Below, in pieces: positions 12,693 through 27,340 of a DNA stretch of 64,000 bases (the first letter of the stretch is position 1; each line of letters begins with the position of its first letter). The notes under the pieces were generated by a model. It did not search any database, was not told the DNA's origin, and saw only the letters and a program-made list of their open reading frames with translations. The translations under genes and the position numbers were made by a program. This stretch comes from Octopus sinensis (lineage: Eukaryota), in NCBI RefSeq assembly GCF_006345805.1, contig NC_043022.1, forward strand, positions 8,928,001-8,992,000. Reading direction: 5' to 3'.

Positions 12693-13077
12693 TGTACCCT
12701 ATAAAGGATAGATAAACCCAGAGTGGGTTCAATGACTATCTAGCAATAGCATAGGCCTTCAGAAATTCCAGGTTGTTGTCCATCATGTTGGAAGACCACT
12801 GGAAGTGAGGCACCCCTTAAATTTGTTAAAGTGTGTCTCTAAAACCCTCTTCAGACCTAGGCTATGCCTGCTCCAATAATCAGTGTTGACTTGATCAGTG
12901 AATCTTCTGTAACGGTCAGCAGTCAATGGCAAGATGAGCTGCTACAGATCATACTATCCCAACATGTTTATGCATGTAAGTGGGGCCCAGTTGTGAAATT
13001 ACATTCCCACTGAAACTCCAAACACTTGTTAGTCAGAGCCAGCTCAACCCATCCTAGCTAAATCCTGCCACAAGTAC

Positions 13078-13500
13078 ATCATCATCATCATTTAATGTCC
13101 GTTTTCCATGCTAGCATGGGTTGGACGGTTTTGACTGAGGGCTGGCAACCAGATGGCTGCACCAGGCTCCAGTCTTGATCTGGCAGAGTTTCTACAGCTG
13201 GATGCCCTTCCTAACACCAACCACTCTGATAGTGTAGTGGGTGCTTTTTACATGCCACCTGCACAGGGGCCAGTCAGGCGGAACTGGCAATGACCTCACA
13301 CGAATCTTTTTACACGTGCCACTGACACAGGTGCCAGTGAAGCGATGTTGGTAACGATCACGCTTGAATGGTGCCCTTTTACGTGCCACGGGTACAGAAG
13401 CCAGTTGGCTGCTCTGGGAACGATCACAACGATCACGCTCGGATGGTGTTCTTGGCACCCTACTAGCACAGGCATAAGTGCCGGAAAGGCGACACTGGTA
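13078..13500 (-). mobile_element. SINE family C
   Basis: (CAT)n then tttaatgtccgttttccatgctagcatgggttgg..ctacagctggatgcccttcc and internal repeats. Confidence 0.85.
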
Positions 13501-13707
13501 AGTAGTAATAATAGATTACTGTCGGGGCTGAAGTCATGAACCCATTTTTTTATACAGGTTTTTTAGAAACTTCCTCAGTTGTTTCAGATTTGAAGGTCAT
13601 TGAAATTTAGGTTTGCTGCAACCTTATCCTATGTGATGTTCTGGCTTTGAGAAATAGCTGCCAAAATTTCTCAAATTTTATGTCAACATTATTTCGAAAT
13701 AAAACAA

Positions 13708-14070
13708 TCATCATCATCATCATCATCATCATCGTCGTTTAACGTCCACTTTCCAGGCTACCATGGGTTGGACGGTTCAACTGGGGTCTGGGAATCCAGA
13801 AGGCTGCACCAGGCCCAGTCTGATCATGCAGTGTTTCTACAGCTGGTTGCCCTTCCTAATGCCAACCACCCCATGAGTGTAGTGGGTGCTTTTTACATGC
13901 CACCGGCACGGAGGCCAGACAAGGCTGGCAACAGCCACGATTGGGTCGTGCTTTTTACGTGCCACCGGCATGGAGGCCAGTCGGGGCGGCACTGGCAACA
14001 GCAACGTTCGGACAGTTCTCTTAAGTGCTACCAGCACTGGTATCACAACTACAATTTCCATTGATTTTGA
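13708..14070 (-). mobile_element. SINE family C
   Basis: Same tail and internal repeat units. Confidence 0.85.
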
Positions 14071-14134
14071 TCGATTTCAAATAATATATTTGATAAATAG
14101 AGTCCCAGAAGCAAATCTATTTCAGAAAGAGAGT

Positions 14135-14480
14135 TAGTCCCTGCTATACTCTCATGCACATTGGGCAGCAAGTTAACACCACAAGTTTCTGTTGGCTGTG
14201 GTTTTCTCTGCTTCTGGCATTGTGATATTGGCCTTTCTCTTGTTGGTTATGAATGTCCTGTGGTATGTACTCTTCAGACTTCCTCTCTCTCTTCCCCTCT
14301 GGTGGTGTCCACTTGAAATCTCTTTTAGCAGGGTGTTGTTCTGGTAACCAGAGTGTGTAACTTGCTAGTTTTTATCTTCATTCTGTGACATTTTTCACTA
14401 TGTCGTCTTGTGTTGGCTCTTTTAGGAATGTCTTCATTGGTTATGGGACCTTGCCAGTACATTCTCAGAATCTTAAACTC
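14135..14480 (-). mobile_element. RTE LINE 3' fragment (decayed)
   Basis: Minus remnants ILRMYWQGPITNEDI and PAKRDFKWTPPEGKRERG..TYHRTF resemble the RTE C-terminal WTPxGKRxRGRP motif. Confidence 0.65.
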
Positions 14481-15205
14481 ATCGATTCTGAGAGTACTTC
14501 AATATTTTATTTTAACTACTCAGCAACACCTTCTACCAGGTGCATTCCTTTGTCTTTGGTTTTTTTGCAGAGTTTCCTTTTTTATGAGGGAGGGGGTCAT
14601 ATGTAGCTTTAGATATAATATATCTATAACTTTAAAACAATTATGTATGTATTTTTTAAATTATAAATTGGGGAAAAAGGGGAAAAATGGTAAAAAGATA
14701 ACAAGAATTATGTAATGTAAAGCTGCAAAAAATTTTTTTGCAAGAATAAAGGAAAGAATAAAGACATTGTTCTTATTTTTCTTTACTTTTTTTTTGTCTT
14801 TTTGGCTAACATTGTAATCATTATTTTGAAATGATCACCTTTGTGTGAAACACCCAGATTGATTATATTTCGCTTTTTTCTCTTTCTTTTCTTTTGTTTA
14901 TCTTTTTTTTGTTAATTCTTTTTCCCGAATTTTTCATTTATTTCTTATTTTTATTTTATTTTATTTTATTTTTTTGCTGAATAAAAAATAACAAATGTAA
15001 GAAAAGAGTCATTTATATCAAATAGGTATTTAAATTGATTCTCAGCTATAGAACATAAAAGTTAATATATCAGATTAAAAGGTTAGGAATATTGAAATTC
15101 AATAGAGGAATAGTTCTAATTGATTGAATTATTGGAAGGCCTCTGTTCCAGATGAAGCTTAGAGATGAATCAAAACATAGACACGCATGTATGAAAATTC
15201 TATAC

Positions 15206-15265
<60 letters not shown>

Positions 15266-16542
15266 TACACAGAGGCACATATATAATTATATATGTATAT
15301 ATCTATAGACATATATGCATATGTATATACAAGTATGTATGCATATATATATATATATATTTATACATTTACATATATGTATACATGTGTGTACATTTCT
15401 TGTGTGTGTGTGTGTGTATACATATATATATATATATATATATATAATATGAAGATGTATACATGTATTTGTGTATGTGTGTGTGTTATAAATTGTGTAC
15501 TGCTAAAAGAAACAGCTCAGTGGTGCGATAAGTGGTAACATTTTACTAAAAGACGAGGAAATTTTTTTTTTTCTCAAATATAATTCAATGAGTGCAAATG
15601 AATAAAATAACAAAAGAAAGAACAAAAACAAAACAATAGAAATAAAAAAAAGCAAAGTAAAACAAAATAATTCCATTGTGAAGTGCTAACATTTTTTTCT
15701 TTCTTTCTTTTTTTGTTTCTTTGTTTAAACTTGTTTTATACCAAATAGATCAACTAAAAATTTAAAAAGAAAAATTATATAAAACAGAAATATATGTAAA
15801 GCGGGAAATATATATGTGTGTGTGTGTGTAGTATATACACATTTATACACTCACACACACTTGTAGAGAAATGATCAAAAAACTGAATTATAGAATTTAC
15901 CACCTTTTGTGTGTTGTTACATAATAACTGTGGTAATCACTGAGCTATAGATATTGTTGTTTATATCAATATTTGGAGTGCAAGGGAATTCTTCTCAAAA
16001 AACAAAACTGCATGCACATGTGTGTGTGTGAATACATACATACTCCTATATATATATTTTTGTGTTCATGTGTGTGTATGTTTGTATATATATGTATCAA
16101 ACAGGTAGATGTGTTGAAGGAGGGAAGGATACACAAAGACACGTAACAACTGAATGAGATAAAGGAAGACAAGGGGAAAAAAAATTGACATGCAAAATAG
16201 GAATATATTTTTTTTTACTCTTTTCATGCTTGAGACTTTGGTCATGATTTTAGGGTGGATTTCTTCATGCACACACACACACACCACACGCACACATGCA
16301 CACACACACACACCACACGCACACATACACACACACACACACAAATTTATATCTGAAACATGCTTAAAAGTGATGGCTATAAATCCAATATTTAGCTTAG
16401 GTTATCCAACATTATCTATCTTTATCTAATCATCCTTTCATCTGAAACTGTGCATAAAGTGGATGGAGACAGAAAGAGAAGTGAAAAAAATAAAAGAACC
16501 ATGAAAATCATCTTCATGTCATATCATCATGCATATATATAC

Positions 16543-16618
<76 letters not shown>

Positions 16619-16791
16619 TATATATATACACACACATGCACACACACACATCATATATATTATATATGAGAGTGTTTGGTGGAAGACGGTATAGATATAA
16701 ATGTCTCCCAACAAACATTCTCATATATGATAGATGTGTGTATTGGTATAGGAAACAATGCATAAATAATATGAATAGCATGTATACACAC

Positions 16792-16861
<70 letters not shown>

Positions 16862-17005
16862 TAGATGTGACACATGACCCAGTGTGCATCTATATACACT
16901 CATCTTAATCCCCCATAGGTAATATTTCTACATCAACGTTTGAAAGGGCAGAAATAAAATATCTCCAATGACATTTAAATTATGTATGTGCATGTACATA
17001 ATTTA

Positions 17006-17058
<53 letters not shown>

Positions 17059-17930
17059 TACATCTCCATCTGTATGTATGTGTATGTATATTACATACTA
17101 TATGTTTATATGTATATTACATACTATATGTTTATATATTTTTTATATATGTATATCATATGTATATATTATACATATTTTTTGTATATGTGCATTATAT
17201 ATATATATACATATATTTTATATATATATATTTATACATATATGTATAGTTATATATTTCGAATATATATACATTATATATGTATTTGTGTATTATATAT
17301 ATTATATATATATATATATATATTTGCATGTGTGTGTATATAGAGAGAGAAGGAGAGAGAGAGAGAGAGGCTGCTCTGTTCCATGTGGGTGGTTTTGCAA
17401 CAAACCAAAACAAACAAACAAAATTACTCAAAACCAATAAGGTTGAATTCTTTGCTTTCTTTTTTTATGTCAGCTGAAGAAGTTTACTATTTTTTGGTAA
17501 AGTTAATTTCACAAAACTTTTAAATGGCTGATAATCTACAGGATAAAGATCAAGAGAATTTTGGAGATGTGAAATTTGCTTGTTTTTTTTTGTTTTTTTT
17601 TTTTTGCTGTTGTTTTTCTTTTTCTGGCAGCTTCAGTACCACCTCCACTAACACAAAATTATGGTTTCCATAGATATTTGGAAAGATGATTGTGATAATG
17701 GAATATCATACTAGTTGAATGTATTGCAGAATTTTTTGTTGTTGTTATGGAATAAGTTTCATAGTCACACGGTTTCAAGTTCTATCTCTTGACATGTCAC
17801 TCTCAGTATGTATCTTCTACTGTAGTTTTGTGCCAACAAAAGTCTTGGGAGTGAAATTAATAAATGGAGACTACACTGAAGCTCATCGTGTGTATGTATG
17901 AATATTTACATTAGGCATGAATATTTACAT

Positions 17931-18072
17931 AGGCGCAGGAGTGGCTGTGTGGTAAGTAGCTTGTTTACCAACCACATAGTTCCGGGTTCAGTCCCACTGC
18001 GTGGCACCTTGGGCAAATGTCTTCTACTTGTGAGTGGATTTGGTAGACGGAAACTGAAAGAAGCCCGTCGTA

Positions 18073-18107
<35 letters not shown>

Positions 18108-18328
18108 GCGTGTGTTTGTGTGTCTGTGTTTGTCCCCCTAGCATTGCTTGACAACCGATGCTCGTGTGTTTATGTCCCCATTACTTAGTGGTTCGGCAAA
18201 AGAGACCGATAGAATAAGTACTGGGCTTACAAAAGAATAAGTCCTGGGGTCGAGTTGCTCGACTAAAGGCGGTGCTCCAGCATGGCCACAGTCAAATGAC
18301 TGAAACAAGTAAAAGAGAGAAAAGAGAG
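17931..18328 (+). mobile_element. SINE family A1 (tRNA head + CORE-like segment, (GTAAAAGA)n tail)
   Basis: ggagtggctgtgtggtaag..gggttcagtcccactgcgtggcaccttgggcaa..internal (TA)n..ggtgctccagcatggccacagtcaaatgactgaaacaagtaaaagag; resembles the published octopus tRNA/CORE SINEs. Confidence 0.9.
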
Positions 18329-18339
18329 CATGAAACCTA

Positions 18340-18591
18340 AAGCTGTGAGCTGGCAGAATCGTTAGCACACCAAACAAATTACTTAGCTTATTTCTTCCAG
18401 CTTTATGCTCTGAGTTCAAATTCCACTGAGGTTGAATTTGTCTTTCGTCCTTTCAAGGTCAATAAAATAAGTACCAGTTGAGTACTGGGGTCGATGTAAT
18501 CGGTTTAACCCCTCCCCTGAAATTGCTGGCTTTATGCCAAAATTGAAATCATTGTTATCATTATCATCATCATCATATTACTATTATTATT

Positions 18592-18626
<35 letters not shown>

Positions 18627-19130
18627 TAATATGGCAAGCTGGCAGAATTGTTAGCATGCTGAACAAAATGCTTAGTGGCATTTCGCCCATCGCTACATTC
18701 TGAGTTCAAATTCTGCTGAGGTTGACTTTACCTTTCATCCTTTCAGAGTCAATAAAATAAGTACCAGTTGAACACTGGGGTTGATATAATCGACTGCTCC
18801 CCTCCCCCCAAATTGCTGCTCATATGGTAAAATCTGAAACCATTATTATTATTATTATTATTATTAAGGCAGCAAGCTGGCGGAATCATTAGCCCACCAA
18901 GTGAAATGTTCAGCAGCATGTCGTCCACCTTTACATTCTGAGTTCAAACTCCACTGAGGTCGACTTTACCTTTCATCCTTTCAGGGTCAATAAATTAAGT
19001 ACCAGTGAAGCACTAGGGTCAATGTAATCAATTGGTTCCCTTACCCGAAATTTCAGGCCTTGTTCCTTTAGTAGAAATTATTATTGTTGTTGTTGATGTT
19101 GTTATCATCATCATCATCATCATCAACTAA
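18340..19130 (+). mobile_element. Three tandem SINE B2 copies separated by (ATT/CAT)n
   Basis: Heads near 18345, 18633 and 18868; a further copy at 19515-19725. Confidence 0.85.
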
Positions 19131-19719
19131 ATCATTCAAGGTGATACCCCAACACAGCTGCAGTCCAATGATTTTAAACAAGTAAAAGATAAAACATTTA
19201 GAAGGATTTAGTAAATAACTTTTTCTTTTGTTAAATTAAATTGTTATTTAGAATACAACTTATGAGATTCTTACATAAAACACTGGTGATGGAAGGTTTT
19301 TTATTTATTTTTTAATTTCTTTTATTTATAAAATGAACTCTTCGAAATGGAAGGTCTCTGGTGAGCTGATATCAAAAAGGTTCGTCAATCTAATTCAAGA
19401 TGTGCCTTATTGATTGATTCTTTATTGATATCGTTGGTTTTATAATGTCTATTACAAAGTTTCTTTAAGAAGAAAGTACGGCAAAACTCTATACATTATT
19501 ATTTTATTATTATTAAAGGCAGCAAGCTGGCAGAATCATTACTATGCTGGGCAAAATACTTAGTGGAATCTCACCTGTCACTACGTTCTGTGTTCAAATT
19601 CCACCAGGGTCAATTTTGCCTTTCATCTTTTTGGAGTCGATGAAATAAGTACCAGTGAAACACTGGGGTCACTAGTACCCTCCTACAAAATTTTAGGCCT
19701 TGTGATTGTAGTAGAAAGG

Positions 19720-19766
<47 letters not shown>

Positions 19767-19777
19767 CATTATTATTA

Positions 19778-19808
<31 letters not shown>

Positions 19809-22736
19809 GATTATAACCCCGTATACCTCCAAAATCAAATTTAAAATTATGTATTAGGCTGTCATGATACCCCCACCTCCACTTTTATTTAGAAAAAACA
19901 ATAATGCAATAAAGCTTTATTAATTTTTCGATTATTTATTTTTTATTGTATATCAATATATTTTATATGAAATATTAAAAACTAATATATTGTATTATAG
20001 TAGATTATCTGCACTTGCTGTAATTATGTAACACTATGTTATACAAGATATTTTAAGGCTTTTAGCCTTTCCCTGTCCAAAGAATTTTCATTAACTTTGC
20101 TCATTTTCAGATTTTTAGTTAGCCCTTGTTTTAGGCTTTCTGAGTTATATAAATCTTTTCTTTTCATCAGTCCCAAGTTACACTGGGGCTGAAAAAACAT
20201 TAGGAACGTATATCATACATAATAAATGTATATCACAAATGTATACACAGGACAAGCAAAGAGGTTTAGGAGAGGTTAGGCTTCAAAAATGAGATGTGTA
20301 TTTTACATGGCAATATATTGTAGATGGGTTGTAGGCAGAGAGAGGGATTCGTTATATTTTTAAGATTAGGTGAACATTAGAAGTGTCTGAGTATGTAGAA
20401 TATTGTTGTCATCATCATCAACATCATTATCATCATCATTTAATATTTGTTTTCCATGCCAGCATGGGTTGCACAATTTGATAAGATCCAGTGAGTCACA
20501 AGTCTGTATCAGGCTCCAGTATTGTCTTTGGTATGTTTTCTACAGCTGGATGTCCTTCCAGAACCAACCACCTTGTAGTGTGTAGCAACTGTTTTTTTTT
20601 CTTTGCTCTTTTTTATGCCTCCATCAGTAGTGAGGTTGTCAAGTCAGTTGCCAAACAGAAAAAAGAACAGAAAGGGTAAGAGTCCCACTGAAGGAGTACT
20701 TGGGAGAAGGTTATAGTTTTATGCCAGGAGCTGTGAGGCCAAATTATGATAGAGGAAAAAATGCGGGTATCTTTCCAGTGAGTAGGTCCATGGCTACTCC
20801 ACATTCTATTAGAGTGGGTAGTTGTAGTTGGAAAGATGGGGAAAATCGTAGTGATTGGATGCTGGAGCAAATACTCAAGGTACAGGTCAGCATCATACAA
20901 TCTTCTGTTGACTGTAATTTAAAATTAAGAGTCTACATTAATATATACTGCTGGAACCCTTGAATATTTCATGGAATTAAAGGTAAACCTATCGGGTTAT
21001 ATCTGAAAACTTTATATAAAAAACAGGAAAGTGTAGCCTGTGTTGTGTCTGTATAGAAAAACAGTCACTCATCTGCTACTCATTGGAAAGTGAAAGAAAT
21101 TGGAATACGATGATTACTTAATGCACTTTATATATACACTTTACATACTTTATGCACAATTTTATGGACTTAATACACAGCACTCATAAAATAAATATTC
21201 ACTCTTATTTTTCCATTTTCCCCATAAACAAAACAAAAATATCCCATACATATGATATAGCCTTTAGTTAAATTGCATGTATCTGCCATGCAAATAAGCA
21301 TGAATATTTCTCGGAATTGCACTTATGTGCATGCATTAAGTTATAGGTGACACAAAAAACTTAGTTCAATTTTAAAAAAGTACACTTTTCACTACCCACT
21401 CACTGCTGTCTCCATCATCACCATTTCCATCACCACCACCACCTCCACCATCTCCATCTCCATCACCACCACCACCATCATTATCATCTCTCTCTCTCTC
21501 TCTCTGCCTTTACCCTCACCATCAGAACATCACCCTTCTGCTAGAATTATATTTTTAACTCTCCTCTTCTACCTTCAACTAACTTTTTTAACCACATAAT
21601 AAATATTATATTCCCCTTACCGCATGTCATGGATGCTTCTCTCTTCCTCATTTTCTTTCTCCTCCTTCTTTCTCTTTATGTCTCACTTTTCACCATATCC
21701 CCTTTTTCTCTCTCCGTTTACTTTCTCCTCTCTTTCCCTTCAACTAATCATGTGTAAGCATTCCCTTCTACTGCACGTCATTGAAGCTTCTTGCTCCCTC
21801 TTTTCTTTCATTTTCTTTAATCACATGAAAATGTTACTGATGGGCTAAGTAATGCAATGACAAGCAGAATTATTACAAGATTGTTAGCTTCCATGTATTT
21901 ATGAATAGAGATATGCTTGCTATCTCATAGGATATATGTGAACTTAACTGAAATTTTTTAGAGGAAGGTTCAATGAACAAATGATTAAAATATGAGGCTT
22001 GTTATTCTCTAAAAAAAATATGAAGAACCAGTGTATGTAAATATGTATTTAAATATACATGTATATATATGTGTGTGTGTGTAGGTAGATAGATATACAT
22101 ATATATATATACACATTCATATATGTGTATGGTCATGCACAATACTTGCACTTACATGCATATATTTCCATACACAGACATAAATATATTGATATATATT
22201 TATATATATATATATATTGATGTACATAAACAAGTATAAGTATATACACACATACATGCATACATACATACACGCATATTCAGATATGCACATGACTGGT
22301 TATGGATACATACACATTTTTATATAGTCTCATTGTATGGAACCTTGGACAAGTGATTTCTTTTATAGCTCCTGGCCAACCAACGCTTTGTGAGTGAATT
22401 TGGTTGACAGAAAGTGAAAGAAGTCCATTGTGTATGTGTGTGTTTGTATATTGTGTACATGTGTGAGTGTGTGTGTATATTTGTATTTCCTTGTCTTTAC
22501 AGTGTGCGTTTGTTGTAAAAAGATTGTCAGTCACACAAGCAGTGTCATTCTTTTTCAATAACCTGTGAAAACATGTCTGGTCATGTTGAAATATTAACTT
22601 GCCTGGAAACAGATGAGGTTGGTGACAAGAATGGCATTGAAGTGTAGAAAATCTGCCTCATCAAATTGCCTCCGATTTTTGCACCATTCGTCACCTCATT
22701 TGAGTTATTTTACACTCACGCTACTTTCCAGCCAGT

Positions 22737-23145
22737 TACTCTTTACTCTTTTACTTGTTTCAGTCATTTGACTGCGACCATGCTGGAGCACCGCCTTTAG
22801 TCGAGCAAATCGACCCTGGGACTTATTCTTTGTAAGCCCAGTACTTATTCTATCGGTCTCTTTTGCTGAACCGCTAAGTGACGGGGATGTAAACACACCA
22901 GCATCGGTTGTCAAGCAATGCTAGGGGGACAAACACAGACACACAAACATACACACAAATACATATATATATATACATATATACGACAGGCTTCTTTCAG
23001 TTTCCGTCTACCAAATCTACTAACAAGGCATTGGTCAGCCCGAGGCTATAGCAGAAGACACTTGCCCAAGATGCCACACAGTGGGACTGAACTCGGAACC
23101 ATGTGGTTGGTAAACAAGCTACTTACCACACAGCCACTCCTGCGC
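22737..23145 (-). mobile_element. SINE family A1
   Basis: Near full-length reverse-complement match to the other A1 copies. Confidence 0.9.
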
Positions 23146-23399
23146 AAAAAGTTCTTGACTTTTTGATAATAAGTTCTATCTAATCAATTCCACTCATGTG
23201 ACAGATTCGGATTACTTCATGAAAACACTTGACCAAATTTAGTGGAATCAAATTTAGGGCTTCATTATTGCAAAACAAATTTCTTAACCATTTTAGTATA
23301 CATAGATATACACATGTGTATGTGTATGAGAACTATGCTAAAGGTACACGTATTTATGGAGTACTCAGCCACTGACTGAGTCCAAGTTAGTACTGTTTT

Positions 23400-23585
23400 T
23401 GATGTTTAGCCCCTGGTTAGCCTTGATCAAGCAGGCCTATGATCAACCCATCTTTCTCCATATCTAGGCCTACAGTGTCTAATGTGTTCATTTTATTAAA
23501 GACGTAGGCTATATGTGATTTGGAAGAGGTTTAACTGCCATTTCTAACAAATTGACAAATTGAGCAGCCATGTGTTGACTCTTTG
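23400..23585 (-). mobile_element. Old dispersed repeat family E
   Basis: tttagcccc..ccttgatcaagcag.cctatgatc..gtgattt..ctgccatttcta; similar pieces at ~32000-32190, ~42835-43040, ~29830-30000. Confidence 0.5.
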
Positions 23586-25234
23586 ATTCCTGCTAAAAAT
23601 TGTTTGTATAGCAGCTGCTCTATTTTGTTAGGCAAGGAAAATAGAAAAATATTCCTTTTATATATATATATATACGTACATACACACATACCTTTATACA
23701 AACACACACCTATATGTGTGTCTGTGTGTGTGTGTGTATATATATATACACACATATAGATGTGTATATATATGTGTGTGTGTGTGTTGTTCTTTGTAAT
23801 TCTGTTCTTGGTGAAGGTTTTTTAATTTTTTTTTAAAGGAAATTGCTTTTTGTATGTTGAAATATAATAGTGAGATTTTTATCTGGTAGTGTTTTAGAAT
23901 TATAAATTGACTGTTTTATTATCTCAATAATTCTGTAGTTATTGACTTATTAAGTTTAAAATTATTCTTTTTTTTTTCGATTGAAAAAATAAAATACTTT
24001 GAACCAAATCTACATATATATACACACACACACACATACATACATATAAGTATGTATATGTAGTAGATAGGTAGGGAGGGAGGAAGAAAGTTATTGGAAA
24101 ACTATGGACTTTTATAAATATATATATATATACAAGAAATAAATTACTTGTTTGTCTGATGTCCTAAGTGGTTCGGCAGAGAAGATAATACAACATAAAG
24201 TAAAAATCACTGATTGTTCTTAGCATTTTGTCATAGTGTTTTAAAATTCTAAAAGTTTAGATTTGTAAAAGGAGAGAAAAATGTTTGATGCACTTAACAT
24301 ATTAAGTCTTAATTTTAATATATATCATTAAGTTTTTTATTATTATTGCATGTAATAAAATGAAATAAGTAGTAGAAATATATCCAGATGATGTAGACAT
24401 TTATTTTATTTTAATTTGCATTTGGTGAATCGTTGCATCATTAATAACAGGTTTTCCGATGGATCAGTCATTAATTTATGGTATTTCTGATGCAAATACA
24501 TTCAAGGGATTCTCCATTTGAGATTTAGTTCTTGGGCTGAGCACGCATACATATGGTATGTACATGCTCCAACACATTTCTCACATGCACTCAAATGCAC
24601 CACACACACACACACACACATACTTAACACATCACACATGCATACATATGCACATACACACACACAAGCATACACACTCACACATAAATAGTAATGAAGT
24701 ATATACACCTGTGTACTAGCATGACATGCACACCTGCTTTGTAAGTGCAATTTTATCCACAAACCCCAAGAGCTGTCTTGTTTTAAACAAAAGAGCCTTG
24801 CCACTTCGTGACTGACTAAAAATTTGTAAAGAAAATAGCTTAAATTCCCGAGAAAAAAATATACATACGTTCATACATACAAAAGTTTAGCATTTAAGTA
24901 CACTTGTACATGTCTAGACATCTAACTGTATGTATGAGTATACATGCATAAAAAAAAACAGACCTGTGCAAGCACTGACTCTAAATACTTGCATATACAC
25001 ATTCATATATACACAACCACCATGCGGATGAAATTACAATGAAGGATCTTTGGATCTAGGTTAGAAACCAGCTCTTTCTTCATCAGCAAGAAATTTTGAA
25101 ATAAAATTATATTATAATGTATTTATATAGATACATCCATACTACAAGACATCTGAAACAAAGCATGGCTGAGCCTGGGTTCTTGGAGGGAGACTGCAAC
25201 TTCTTCATCCATGTGCTATAAACAATCATGATAT

Positions 25235-25610
25235 CATCATCATCACCATCCTTTAACGTCCGCTTTCCATGCTACCATGGATTGGACGATTTGACTGAGG
25301 ACTGGCGAACCAGATGGCTGTGCCAAGCTCCAATCTGATCTGGCAAAGTTTCTACAGCTGGATGCCCTTCCTAACGCCAACCACTCCAAGAGTGTAGTGG
25401 GTGCTTTTACGTGCCACCAGCACGAGGGCCAGTCAGGCGGTACTGGCAACAGCCACACTTGAAATGGTGTTTTTATGTGCCACCTGCACAGGAGTCAGTC
25501 GAGTGGCACTGGCAACGACCTCGCTCAAATGTTTTGTTCACATGACAGTAAGGCGACGCTGGTAACGATCACACTGAAATGGTGCTTTTTACATGCCCAC
25601 CGGCATGGAA
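25235..25610 (-). mobile_element. SINE family C
   Basis: Same tail and internal repeat units. Confidence 0.85.
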
Positions 25611-25784
25611 CAATAAAAATTTGCCAGACCCTCTTAAGATTTAAAGGAAAGTGAACAAAACAAGATGCTTTCCTTGACAAATATGCTACCAAATAGGTAG
25701 CCAGTCAAAATTTATTCTAAATTAAATAAAGTAAAAGAAAGGGGAAAAGAACATACATACACATGTACACACTCATACATGTAT

Positions 25785-26040
25785 CACAAAAAATGGAAGA
25801 ACGCACCTAATCAGATGATAACAACTAGAAGCCATCAAAGGTACTGTCAGAATATGTAAACCTTTCCAGAAGTCTAGCATGTAATAAGTGCATGTACACA
25901 TGTGTATACATGCAAATATATATTTGTATACATGAAGATCCTCACACATAGTGACATCCATACCTGTATCAATGCAGGCATGTAAACATATGTATGTACA
26001 AGCCAGTGTCCTAAAACACATGAATGCATGCATACATACT
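25785..26040 (+). mobile_element. RLE-type LINE 3' end remnant (same family as 62080-63100)
   Basis: KNGRTHLIR**QLEAIKGTVRICKPFQK parallels YLVRKLQVEAVKGTAMKCKTFKK at ~62240-62165 (-). Confidence 0.6.
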
Positions 26041-26059
26041 TATGTATATGAATGTGCAC

Positions 26060-26268
26060 TAGTACACCGGGGGAAATGCGTGGCCATATTTCGTCTGTCG
26101 ATACGTTCCGAGTTCAGATTCTGCCATGGTCAACTTTGCCTTTCATCCTTTCGGGGTCGATTAATTAAGTACCAGTTATGCACTGGGATCGATGTAATCC
26201 ACTTAATCCCTTTGTCTGTCCTTGTTTGTCCCCTCTGTGTTTAACCCCTTGTGGGTAGTAAAGAAATA
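26060..26268 (+). mobile_element. SINE family B1, 15-bp TSD
   Basis: TSD tatatgaatgtgcac at 26045-26059 and 26269-26283. Confidence 0.88.
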
Positions 26269-26372
26269 TATATGAATGTGCACACACACACACATATATA
26301 ATACACTTTCTCCATAGGTGAGAAATTCAAAAGGTAAATCTAGGAAAACATACATGTTTTTTCATACTCCCC

Positions 26373-26416
<44 letters not shown>

Positions 26417-26640
26417 TTTGAGAAGAGAAGCTAGAAATGTGCACACATCACAGTATTTGGCTGGTATAACAAAACACCTTTGCTTTTAATCCTATGTGAC
26501 TCTAGCGATGGTTGTGGTAGAATCACATCCAAAAGGCACGGTCTTCAAAGATGCAATTGTATTAATATTGATTTTATAAAACAATGGTTAGCCTGTTTCT
26601 TTCTACTAAGTTAAAACCTTTGGCCTATCATTAAAATGTA

Positions 26641-27054
26641 TACTCTTTTACTCTTTTACTTGTTTCAGTCATTTGACTTTGGCCATGCTGGAGCACCACC
26701 TTTTAGTCGAGCAAATCGACCCAAGGACTTATTCTTTGTAAGCCTAGTACTTATTCTATCGGATCTCTTTTGCCGAACCGCTAGGTTATGGGGATGTAAA
26801 CACACCAGCATCGGTTGCCAAGTGATGTTGGGGGGACAAACACACACAAACATATGCACATACACATACATATATGTATATACATATATACGACAGGCTT
26901 CTTTCAGTTTCCGTCTACCAAATCCACTCACAAGGCTTTGGTTGGCCCGAGACTCTAGTAGAAGACACTTGCCCAAGGTGCCACGCAGTGGGACTGAACC
27001 CGGAACCATGTGGTTGGTAAGCAAGCTACTTACCACACAGCCACTCCTATGCCT
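26641..27054 (-). mobile_element. SINE family A1 inserted in a CR1-group LINE remnant
   Basis: Full A1 body; LINE-like sequence continues on both sides. Confidence 0.88.
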
Positions 27055-27340
27055 ATCTTCATTTTTTATAAGTATTTCCATCATCATTGCTCTGATGAAC
27101 TTCCTGGTTTAATACCTTCCCTCATGACCTTTAAACATGTTACCTGCTTCTCTTCCAAGGCACATCATTTCCTTGTTGAGCTTCCTGTTACTCTAGGTCC
27201 TTTCCTCAAACTGCTGGTCTCTTGAACTCACTACCAGCATCTTGTTTTCCTCTGACCTTTGATATTCAGCTCTTTAAACTTTCTGACAAGCAACATCTTT
27301 TGAATTTGTGGGCCCCTTTTTTTACCTTCTTTATAGTCCC
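27055..27340 (+). mobile_element. CR1-group (Zenon-like) LINE 3' fragment
   Basis: FYKYFHHHCSDELPGLIP..H.FLVELP then, after a frameshift, FPQTAGLLNSLPASCFP..IQLFK. Confidence 0.7.

Noticed and set aside
26636-27112. Recurrent ORFs such as RQASFSFRLPNPLTR..., LRSEFKF..., FLQLDALPN...
   Set aside because: Chance frames within SINE families A, B and C
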